DNA of 64,000 bases from Octopus vulgaris (lineage: Eukaryota). The position numbers and the translations under genes are program-made. The stretch is from contig OX597817.1 of assembly GCA_951406725.2 (NCBI GenBank), positions 21,328,001-21,392,000 on the forward strand, written 5' to 3'. The notes beneath the pieces are model-generated. The model was given only the letters and a program-made list of their open reading frames with translations, was not told the DNA's origin and ran no database searches. Below, in pieces: positions 12,261-23,872 of this stretch. Position 1 is the stretch's first letter. Each line of letters opens with the position of its first letter.

Positions 12261-12809
12261 ATATTATCATTGTAGTAGTAGTAGTAGTAGTAGTCGTTAA
12301 TTGTCATACTGCATCATCTCAGAAACCATGTTAGTGGAATTTACTAACGATTGACTGATGCAAGTGAAACAAAACCTATAATAAATATGAAGCAGTTAAA
12401 TGTATGTACATGTGGCTATTTTTCCTTACTTGACACTGACTTATTGTAGACATTGAAATATGGATGTCGTTAGCGCAATAGAGAATTCCACAGCTTATTA
12501 TATTATGCCACAGACTATAACGTTTGTCGAGTGATTTAACTGCAAATTGTTAGGTGGATATTACTGAGTTTAGTTTATGGTAAGCAGCTATTTAGGAAAA
12601 TAGGAAAAGATGCAGAAAAGAAAAGGAGTGAGGGGGGAGTGTTGTAGTCTCAATGGCAGTTATTCAGATAGGTTTATGAAGTTCTGAATAGATAAATTTG
12701 TAAAATGTTTTATCTTTCGGAGTCTGAAGGTGGAATATCTTTAGGCTTTAAGGATCTTTAGCACACTGCATTGAATATAGTAGGACTTTGCAGTAAATAT
12801 ATATGCTCA

Positions 12810-13194
12810 TTTACTCTTTTATTTGTTTCAGTCATTTGACTGCGGCCATGCTGGATCACCCCGGGACTTATTCTTTGTAAGTCCAGTACTTATTCTATCG
12901 GTCTCTTTTGCCGAACCGCTAGTGACGGGGACGTAAACACACCAGCATCAGTTGTCAAGCAATGCTAGGGGGACAAACACAGACACCCAAACATATACAC
13001 GCAGATACACATATATATATATACATATATACGACAGGCTTCTTTCAGTTTCCGTCTACCAAATCCACTCACAAGGCATTGGTCGGCCCGAGGCTATCGC
13101 AGAAGACAGTTGCCCAAGGTGCCACGCAGTGGGACTGAACCCGGAACCATGTGGTTGGTAAGCAAGCTACTTTCCACACAGTCACTCCTGCGCC
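12810..13194 (-). mobile_element. SINE family A (small internal deletion near the tail)
   Basis: Reverse complement of the 15388 and 52731 copies; head GGCGCAGGAGTGACTGTGTGG at 13194. Confidence 0.92.
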
Positions 13195-13524
13195 TATATA
13201 TATATTAATGCGTATATATTGTTATATTTACAATGGAAATCCAGAAAGAAGTCTGTGTTGATAAAAGATTAGTTGGTTATTAATTCAAGGTTTACTGATA
13301 AAGACATATCAGGTTATTCGTTTTAGTACATATTGCACGCAAGTGACGGCAATTGGCTTCGTAGTTAAATTGTTGCACTAATTATCGTATAAGTTCGGTG
13401 TTGATTCTTGGATCGGATATGTTGTGTTTTGGGGCAAGATACTTCATATCGTGTTCACTCAGCTCGTGAAAATGAGTAATCGAACGACATCCCGTCAAGG
13501 GAGGGTGCGTATATAAATATATAT

Positions 13525-13720
13525 ATAGTTGAAATTTACAGAAAAAGAAAAGACGAAGACAGATGTGTAAACAATAAACAGGTATATTCGTTTAACACTC
13601 GGGAAAGTGAGAAAGTCCTTTATGTTTCGAGCTTACGCTCTTCAACAGGAGGGAATATGAGAAGATAAACAGAGTGTGAATAAAAAAGCTTTAGTGGCTA
13701 GCGGTCAATCATGGCGATAT
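13525..13720 (-). mobile_element. short Penelope-pLTR-like element with a decayed hammerhead motif
   Basis: Minus strand 13648-13621 reads CTGTTGA-A-GAGC-gtaa-GCTC-GAAAC-ATA, then a T-rich tail ending in (TA)n. Same layout as 26660-26860. Confidence 0.55.
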
Positions 13721-13817
13721 ACATATAATTATATATAATTATTTGAAGGAATATTAATCCTAACTTACAGGGAAACAATTCAATTTAGAAATACTAAAAC
13801 AAATTTCACACAATATA

Positions 13818-13864
<47 letters not shown>

Positions 13865-13871
<7 letters not shown>

Positions 13872-14173
13872 GAAAGAACCACCTTTTATCAATTCAAAAT
13901 AAACAATTAAATTACATATAATAGAAATATTAAAATTAAAATAACAATAAAATACCAATGATTAAGTAAATTGCAAAACAATAATAAAAAACGTAATAAA
14001 AACATATAATTGGTAGATTATGTATATTTTTATTATTTATTTTGCAATTTACTTAATCATTTGTATTTTATAGTTATTTTAATTTTAATATTTCTATTAT
14101 TTGTAATTTTCTAGATGGTGTAATTTAATTGTTCATTTTGAATTGAAAAAAGGTGGCTCTTTCTCATGTTTTA
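13865..14173. repeat. ~310-bp fold-back (long inverted repeat) element inserted in (TA)n
   Basis: Left AGAAAGAACCACCTTTTATCAATTCAAAATAAACAATTAAATTACA..AATGATTAAGTAAATTGCAAAA pairs with right TTTTGCAATTTACTTAATCATT..TGTAATTTAATTGTTCATTTTGAATTGAAAAAAGGTGGCTCTTTCT. Both flanks are (TA)n. Confidence 0.9.
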
Positions 14174-14174
14174 T

Positions 14175-14231
<57 letters not shown>

Positions 14232-14299
14232 GCAGATTCCAAGAAATGGGCCTTATAAACCTATGGCTCGGGAAAGTCTTTTGATCCTTTTCTGTTTTC

Positions 14300-14520
14300 A
14301 TTTAACGTTCTGCGCTCGCTCAGCTGAAATTCTTAGAAATTGTATTGGCACACTGAAAATGTTCATATATTGTGTCTTTCGTAAAGAATGATTACATGTT
14401 TCAGTTTGTCTTGGAAGTTTTAGTGCACGTCTGATCGTTGCATAAATGTTGATTCCAAATCTTAGTATTTGTGAAAAAAGTAAGTTTCTGTTCTGAATTG
14501 GCTCGAGTTGTGACATTTTA
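14300..14520 (-). pseudogene. possible decayed N-terminus of a Penelope-like element ORF
   Basis: FSQILRFGINIYATIRRALKL..NHSL..NIF..FLRI loosely resembles the recalled PLE N-terminal pattern (YG..T...R......NHL.F..RC...I.PK.L.I). Next to the fold-back element. Confidence 0.35.
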
Positions 14521-15387
14521 CCTTTCAGAATATTCTGTGTTAAGTTTAATGGAAATCGATATTCAATCAGATCAACTGTAAGAGAAACATGAGGCGGAGA
14601 TAATTTAATGGGTATTAATACTCGGGACGAAGAATTGGATGAATTGTTTGAAGTCGGTCCTGAATATAGAGACAAGTGGAATGGGATATTAAACAGAAAT
14701 GAGTGTAAAAATAGAGAGGTCAGAGTTCATAGGTCATTGTAGAAGCGATAAATACATAATCTATAAACTATTAAGTTTGTTACTATGAACACTTGCCAAT
14801 CGATGGAACTCTATTTTTTGTTTGTGTTGGGGCAATTTTTCACTGATATGCGCATGTGACTCAATGTATGTGTAACAGTGTGCGTGTGCATGTTCGTGTG
14901 TATTGCTTCGGCACTAACCCAAATAAATCATCAGTCCTCCTATGCTGTGTTTTTCTTAGTCATTGAGATGATGGTTTTGATTTTCCAAATTAAAACCGTT
15001 GAGAAAATAACGTATTATTTCGATTCTCAATATTTCGTGGTAGAACCGAAGTGAATATTCTGATCACTGTTGTACTCCTTCATCGGAAAATAGCACTTCC
15101 ATTAAGACAATGTATGTCCATATCACACAAGGTAAAAAGGTATTTAGAAGCATCTCAATCTTTTGACAAATTGAGTGTTTCCTCGGTGGAAGCAACGCCC
15201 AGATCAATACGCTTAAAACAAGTGCATCGCCTTGCTTGTAAAAATCACAAAACAAATTGTTTGCAGTGAGCCGATGAGTACCAAACCGATGATGGTCCAT
15301 CATGTGTACTCAAAATACCCCTCGTGTCAACGGATTATGTATTACTTATTGTTTTAAGGGAGCTGTTCTTCAATGAAAAATAAAACA

Positions 15388-15796
15388 GGCGCAGGAGTGG
15401 CTGTGTGGTAAGTAGCTTGCTAACCAACCACATTGTTCCGGGTTCAGTCCCATTGCGTGGCATCTTGGGCAAGTGTCTTTTGCTATAGCCTCGGGCCGAC
15501 CAATGCCTTGTGAGTGGATTTGGTAGACAGAAACTGAAAGAAGCCTGTCGTATATATGTATATATATATATATATGTGTATGTGTGTGTGTTTGTGTGTC
15601 TGTGTTTGTCCCCCTAGCATTGCTTGACAACCGATGCTGGTGTGTTTACGTCCCCGTCACTTAGCAGTTCGGCAAAAGAGACCGATAGAATAATTACTGG
15701 GCTTACAAAGAATAAGTACCGGGGTCGATTTGCTCGACTAAAGGCGGTGCTCCAGCATGGCCGCAGTCAAATGACTGAAACAAGTAAACGAGTAAA

Positions 15797-15800
<4 letters not shown>
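15388..15800 (+). mobile_element. SINE family A, full length, followed by (GA)n
   Basis: GGCGCAGGAGTGGCTGTGTGGTAAG head, GGTTCAGTCCC B-box, shared 3' tail. Confidence 0.95.
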
Positions 15801-15832
<32 letters not shown>

Positions 15833-17104
15833 TGATCAAAATATTCACGTTCGAATCTGAAGAAGAAAATATTGGGAATAAACAGAGGAATAAATAGATA
15901 TGCAATTACTTGACTTCTCGCTGCTTTGTGTGTTCTCCGTGAATTAGATGTTATGAAAACTTTCAAATAAAATCAATCAATCTCGAACAATAGCATATAA
16001 GATTGTAGTATTTATGTTTGTATATAAATACTTAAGAACATATTGACAACACTTTGAAATTAATAACCAGACTAAATTAGAAATAACTTCTCAAAATATC
16101 TTGCTTGCTTACCGCAGCAAATCCTTAAGTAACACAATTGGTTACGCTGACAATGGGCATTCATACAAAAACAAAAAAAAAATTGCAAAACAGGCTAACG
16201 ATTCTATTGAACCTAAGATAATTTTGGGAACATTTCGAATTCTCAACATAAATATAGCAATCTTGTATGATATACATGCACATAAACACACGTATATAAT
16301 CACTCGTATTTCTTTCATCACGCAGACGCACAAATGTGTATATACAAAATCTCACACGTTTACGCAATTTTAAGCAGTGTGGTGGGCAATACAGTAGTAG
16401 TATTGTTGATGCCATTATCGATAAAAGCAAAGACGACGGATGGGTGCTTTTCCTGCTGCCTACGATTATGATGACGACGATGGTGATGGTGGTGGTGGTG
16501 GTGGTGGTGACGGTGGTGGTGTTTTTTGTGGCGAACATAAAAAAAAGATACAAAACATAAACCAACGTAAAGTTTTATATATTTGTAATTATTATCGTTA
16601 AATCAAATATAGTTTCAAGATGTCGATCGATCGATTAGATCAGTGTTTGATAAAGAAATCAATCAATAGATAAATAGATTACTCCTATGAATTAATTGCA
16701 CCCTTAACTCCCACCAGTCGGCTATCAACATCAGTGATACTACAGCAATATACAAAGAATTTTTTATACTTATTTTGTATTATTCGTTTTTATTTTGTAT
16801 CAGCAACCATTTTTCTTTGCACTTCACACATTATCGTTGTTAAGGAGAATAATTGTTAAGCGAAGTAAAGGGGAAAACATGATTCTCTAAACACATACAC
16901 ATACACACACACAAACACACACACGGAGAGACACAAACACGGGAGCAGACACACACACTCATAGGCACACACACACAGCTTGTGACTGGTAGGGAAGATA
17001 CTTACACTCCCCTTGTATATGTGCATATGTTTGTGTGTTTATCTACATATGTATCCATTCATATATGCTTATATATATTACATCATTATCTATCTATCTA
17101 TATA

Positions 17105-17158
<54 letters not shown>

Positions 17159-17278
17159 CATATATAGATAGATAGATAGATAGGTGTTTATATATATATG
17201 TGCATATATCTCATATCATAAATGTATATATACATAATATATCTATATGTGCTCGTGAGTATATGCGCCTGTATATAT

Positions 17279-17322
<44 letters not shown>

Positions 17323-18254
17323 CATATATATGGTTTGGAGATTGCCATTCACAATGTCTCCTGTACTTGAGTTACATAAGCAATATTACCGCCCATTCTG
17401 TGCTTCATACCTATATAATGTGTGAGTGAATATGCTCACACACACACGTATACATGCATATATACATTCACATACATTCACACAAACATATATACATATT
17501 AACCTATACATATGTTGGGTGGGACCTATAGCTCAAGAGTGAAATATTTAAATAAATCTAGTTTCATATATTGATGCCAACTCTTTCCCTCATCAAATAC
17601 ACGCATTAGCGGAATATTGATCGTTAGCTTAGGCACAAACCCTCATCTTTTGGTAGATCAATATACACTGTTAGACAGACCCAAAACTAAATATTATTCC
17701 GTCCAATACTCACACGCGACATTTGAGCTCGGATGTTAAAGCGCTGTAACTAGGTAGCGCTGGCAATTTTTCCGATGCTCTAACGATTTTGCTGATCCAC
17801 CGCCCAGCAAAAATGATAATATTGACTTTTGTTACATCATAGAAAGTCATATTTTAAGGGAAATTTATAGTCTATTGAAACAGCGTCAGTTTATGGTTTA
17901 TGTCACTTTATTGACCAATGTTGGATGAAAGACAAAACCAACATATGTGATAATAAACGTCGGACATAGAGGGACCAACAACAAAATATATAGCATCTTA
18001 AGAAGAACAATACAGACAATAACAACGACAATCTTAATATGAATTACAAAACCATAAATATTCGGGGAACGTTGCTGTCAATTTAATTGATCCGCCCAAA
18101 ATAGAGTGCTTCGTAATATATTTAGCAGGGTGAGATAGATGAATCACCAAGTCCGCTCCATTGTGGTGTTGATCTATAAAGGTAAATAAAGGGAGTATCT
18201 AAACACCGGAAGGCATTGAAACTGTCGCTCTTCTGTTTTCCAATATATCGACCC

Positions 18255-18970
<716 letters not shown>

Positions 18971-20185
18971 AACGAAGAAGAATCTAGATATATGGGAGCG
19001 AGTTAAACTCAATTCCACTGGAAAGATACTTAATCGTATCAATTTCGGAAGGTTGGTGTAACTCAAGGTTGACTTTTGTGAGCTTTGAAAACTAGACTCT
19101 AAATTGCCACATGAAATATCGCATAGCACATTGTCCATGGTTCTAAATACTCAGTTATAAGACCATTACAGCAACTCCGAGGTTTTTATTTTAGAGTGAC
19201 CATAATATTTACAACTTATTTTCTGTCTGTAGTTATATTTTCTTCCCATCAACGAAAAAGTCTGAGCTGAACACGGCGTGTTTTCAGTGAAATTGTGATC
19301 GTTACATTTCGATTTCTATTTCTTGCTTAGTGTAAATTGCATTATGGTTTCAGTTTCTTCGTTATCTTAACGAACGTGCGTGTTGTCCAAATCTATTGAA
19401 TATTGATGGCTGTAATCACCAGAAGACGATCAATTCGGTTTTCTCTTCGGCTCTTTGAACCAATGGTGCGTTGATATCTTCTGACGTGTCTGAAGCTACA
19501 ATTGTTGGGTCTCTATGTTGTGCAATTTTTCGCAGATTACTTATACCGCTGTGTGTGTATCAACTGGACTTCCTGTTTTCATACCGCATTTTATTCTGAT
19601 TTCATAGTGGTTTTAACAAAGGCGGTCGACAGTAACCTGGGCATCATTATCAATTGCAGCTAAGGCACTCAGAACACCATGTATTTCACCATACTGAAAT
19701 TACAAGAATAACTAAATAAAATTCACATATATCACTAGTGATTCAAATAGACGTGTGTGGGTTAAACCCAATGAAATATTAACTCAAAAGCTGAAAGCGC
19801 GTAAGTCATTTGCGGAATAGACCATTTCCTCATATCTGAAGCTAAAGAGACATTTTGGGGCATTTTCAAATTTATACAAAGAGAGAACGAATTTAAAGCG
19901 TAGGTTATAGCTTTCAGGATGCGAAATGTGTAAACGATATACAGCTGAAAAAAATAATGTCAAAATCTATTAACAGTCATATTTTAGCCTCTAACATGAT
20001 ATTGCACATGTCTTTCCCTGAAACCAATATCCTTCATGAGTAGCGAAGCGAGTGGATATTTTCAGTTTTTGTTTCCGGAGTTAAGAGATATAGAAGGCAT
20101 ATACAGAAGAAAAACATCTAAGACCTTCTAAAATACAGAGTATTAAATGTGTAAATGTCTTCAACTGGCATATCAAACGATATAA

Positions 20186-20227
<42 letters not shown>

Positions 20228-20470
20228 GTGTGTGTGTATATTTGTGTGTCTGTGTTTGCTCCTCCAACAACGCTTGACAAACGATGCTGGTGTGTTTACG
20301 TCATTTAACTTAGCGGTTCAGCAAAAAAGACCGATAGAATAAGTACTAGGCTTACAAAGAATTAGTTGTCGGGTCGATTTACTCGACTAAAGGCGGTGCT
20401 CCAGCATGGCCACAGTCAAATGACTGAAACAAGTAGAAGAGTAAAAGTGCAAAGAGTAAATGAGTAAAAT
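20186..20470 (+). mobile_element. SINE family A, 3' half only
   Basis: Starts at the internal (TA)n(TG)n and runs through GCTTGACAA..GATGCTGGTGTGTTTACG to the shared tail. Confidence 0.88.
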
Positions 20471-21856
20471 CATGAGCTAACCGTGATGCAAAGATGAGAC
20501 AAGCAAATAATACATGATGGAGACAAATAATCGAATTAACAGCTTAAAAACCACGGTAACGTAGAGCGAAGAACTATAGCTAAAGAAGTGCAAAGTGGCT
20601 CTCAACAGAATTTTACATTTCAGGTTTACACTTTATTAGAAAGACGAAAAATACTGAAATACATGAGAAGATACACAAAAAAAGTTTTAAAAAATACAGT
20701 GCAGAATACTGGTCAGAAAGTATATGTTCTGTGGTATGTGTATAAGTATGTATTCATATATGCGAGTGTGTGTTTTTGTGTGTGTTTGTTTAGGTGTGTG
20801 AGTGTGTTTTTGTTAGGTGTATGTGTGTGATGATCCTGTTGGTGGTTGACCTATTTCCTTCAGTTGACACCGAAATGTCAGAAAATAAGATACAATCCCG
20901 TACATATGCTTACATGCATATATGTATTTACACACACATATGTGTGTAAATATAAGTACGTATATATAAATATATATATATATACTTATATATATATACA
21001 TATACATATATACATATATATATTTATGTATATATACACACATACATATGCATATATATACACACACACACACATATATATATATACATATACATACATA
21101 CATATATTCATACAAAAACGCGCATGCACACACACGCATAGGTATATATGCATTCATAGAATGCAATATCAAGAACCTGAAGAATCAATGGCATTTACTC
21201 ATCGTTCTAGAATAGTGACTATCATTTTCATGTTCCGTATAGAAAGATACAATCGTGTGCTTGTTCACACAGACTCGCACACGCACCCAAGAGAAGCACT
21301 CATAATCCACATGTGCTGACATTCTTCCCTGAATCTGTGTGGATCCAATGGATCTACTTCTGTCATGCCACAAATATATCCTTTCGTTCTCTGAATTTCT
21401 ACATCTGCACGTCTGATTGTGACGCGTAGGCGAGTTGGTATATGAGATTATGTGTTTGTGCGTGCAAGCATGTGTGCCCACATGCTTGAATTATAGTGAG
21501 ACATCGGTTAGAGCGAGACAGTATGTGTATATATTTGTATTTTGTGTTTTTTTTTACATATAAATGTAAGTTCAATAATTTTTTTTTGTCTTTTTTACTT
21601 TTCTTTTTTTTCACGCTTGCAGTTAAATCAAGTAAACAAACTTGCGGCATTTTTGTTAGGTATTGATCAACACTGAGTAAGCACATACTGAAAAAGAATG
21701 TCAATGCATCGATCAGAAGAGACGTTAGGTTTATGCATGCACGTAATGCAGCGTGCAATCAAACGTGCAGTTATTCATGGATGCATAGGAAATGCGAGGT
21801 GAAATGAATTAATTTATTACGTGCAGAGGCAAAGACGTGCGAGAGAGAAAGGGGGG

Positions 21857-21897
<41 letters not shown>

Positions 21898-22014
21898 CTG
21901 AATCAGAGAGAAAATGAGAAACTGAAAGAGTGAGTGAGAGGAAAAGAGCGTGAACGGGGTGAAGAAATGAAATATTAATCCAATGAAAATAGAAATATTT
22001 GAAGTCACTGTTTC

Positions 22015-22348
22015 TATGTTGATGTGGTATGTTGTGTGTATGGGAGTATCTGCAGTTTTAATTCCTATCTGCTTGTTACATATGTTTGATAGAAAGACCA
22101 TAGGTGCAAAGATAAGGAGGTATGTATGTTGATGTGTTATGTTGTGTGTATGGGAGTATCTGCAGCTTTAATTCCTATCTGCTTCTTACATATGTTTGAC
22201 AGAAAGACCATAGGTGCAAATGTAAGGAGGTATGTATGTTGATGTGTTATGTTGTGTGTATGGGAGTATCTGCAGTTTTAATTCCTATCTTCTTCTTACA
22301 TATGTTTGATAGAAAGACCATAGGTGCAAAGGTAAGGAGGTATGTATG
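22015..22348. repeat. tandem repeat, 110-bp unit x3
   Basis: GATGTG(G/T)TATGTTGTGTGTATGGGAGTATCTGCAG starts at 22021, 22131 and 22241; only a few substitutions between units. Confidence 0.95.
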
Positions 22349-23441
22349 ATTATGATAGATAAATGTATTTAGTTACAGGCTACATTCATAGTTGTTCATG
22401 GATACAAGGAATTCTTGAGCGAGCTACATTTCTTTATTTTATTTATTTAACTTTGAAGTTTACAAAAAAATTGAAGAATAAAAACCCACTTAGAAATACT
22501 ATTCAGTGAGTGCTATCTACTCCAGTTTTCCTTTATATATGTCTTGTCTTTGTGTGGGTGTCCTACTTTCACTTTGTCGCAGTTCTAGAGATTTGCAACC
22601 CGCATAAATAAAGTAGCTAAATCTATGGCTACAGCTCTGCTACATGTATATAAAATTCAGATGTGGAAGAAGAAATGACGTTCGCAATCCGTGAAACATC
22701 AACGTTTTAATATTATTCCCTAAACCCTTGCTATGCCGACAGTTATATTATCTAAGTTACTACACAATGAAATTAAGTTTGGACCTGTGTTATTAGGAAA
22801 ATTCATTCCCTATAATTTTTTATCCGTGCAAGGAGGGGAAATCTCTCCAAGGCAGAAATTATATCGCCGGCATTTAACTTTAGAACTGTTGGTTGATTTC
22901 TAATTGCTCATATGGGAGTAATGTTAAGCTTATGTCCAAAATAGATGATTTAATGTAATTTGCTTTCACCAATAGACGAGGATATTTAAAGCATTATAGC
23001 TATCTGGTTAATTAATGCATTATAACATTCTAATTAATGTTGCTTAGTGTGTTCGGATACAGATATTTGGATTCGCAATATGAATGATTCATTATTCTTT
23101 CCAGCATATATGGCTCGCTAATTGCAGTTCACTGATGCTAGGGCTTTCAAACTTCTGGTTTTAATCAGAGACTTCCCGAATTTTTTACACAAGAAAATCG
23201 GGTTACTACGCTATTTATTAATTTTCTCAACCATATTAGCAGAGCAATGGGAGATAAACAGATTCTGTTGGGGTTAATATATCGTATGCTCAGCGTTTAG
23301 AGAAGTAACATTCTTATTTTAGCGTGGTTCAACACAATGCGGTAAAATAGTGAACAATTTTTAATGTGCATGAATATGTATGTATACGTATGTACGTATG
23401 TATACATGCTTCCATGCATGATTTTGTATATGTGTGTGTGC

Positions 23442-23496
<55 letters not shown>

Positions 23497-23872
23497 AGTA
23501 AATGCATACCTCGCTGCCTGTGTTTGTATATGAGGTATTATTGACGTAAAGTGAGTAATATGAGCGATAAGAAAGTGTGCTGAGCTGTTGATTATTAAGA
23601 GAATTGATAGGGGTGTGCCTGTTAATTTCCTTAATTGAATTATATTTTAAAATGTATACAGCTAAATGTCAGTATATGGAAGTTAGCTGAAAAGAAAAAA
23701 TATGTTAGAAAATTTTCTGAATTCAGTATGCAAAGTATAAGTATATACAGTTATGTGTACGTACACGCAAGTACACACATCTACGTATGAAATAACATAT
23801 AACATCATATATATTTGTAAAAAGTATGTGTGTTCACATATGTCTGTATGTATATATATATATATATATATA

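Noticed and set aside
22015-22348. Possible CRISPR-like array
   Set aside because: The units repeat in full with no unique spacers, there are no cas genes, and the context is eukaryotic.
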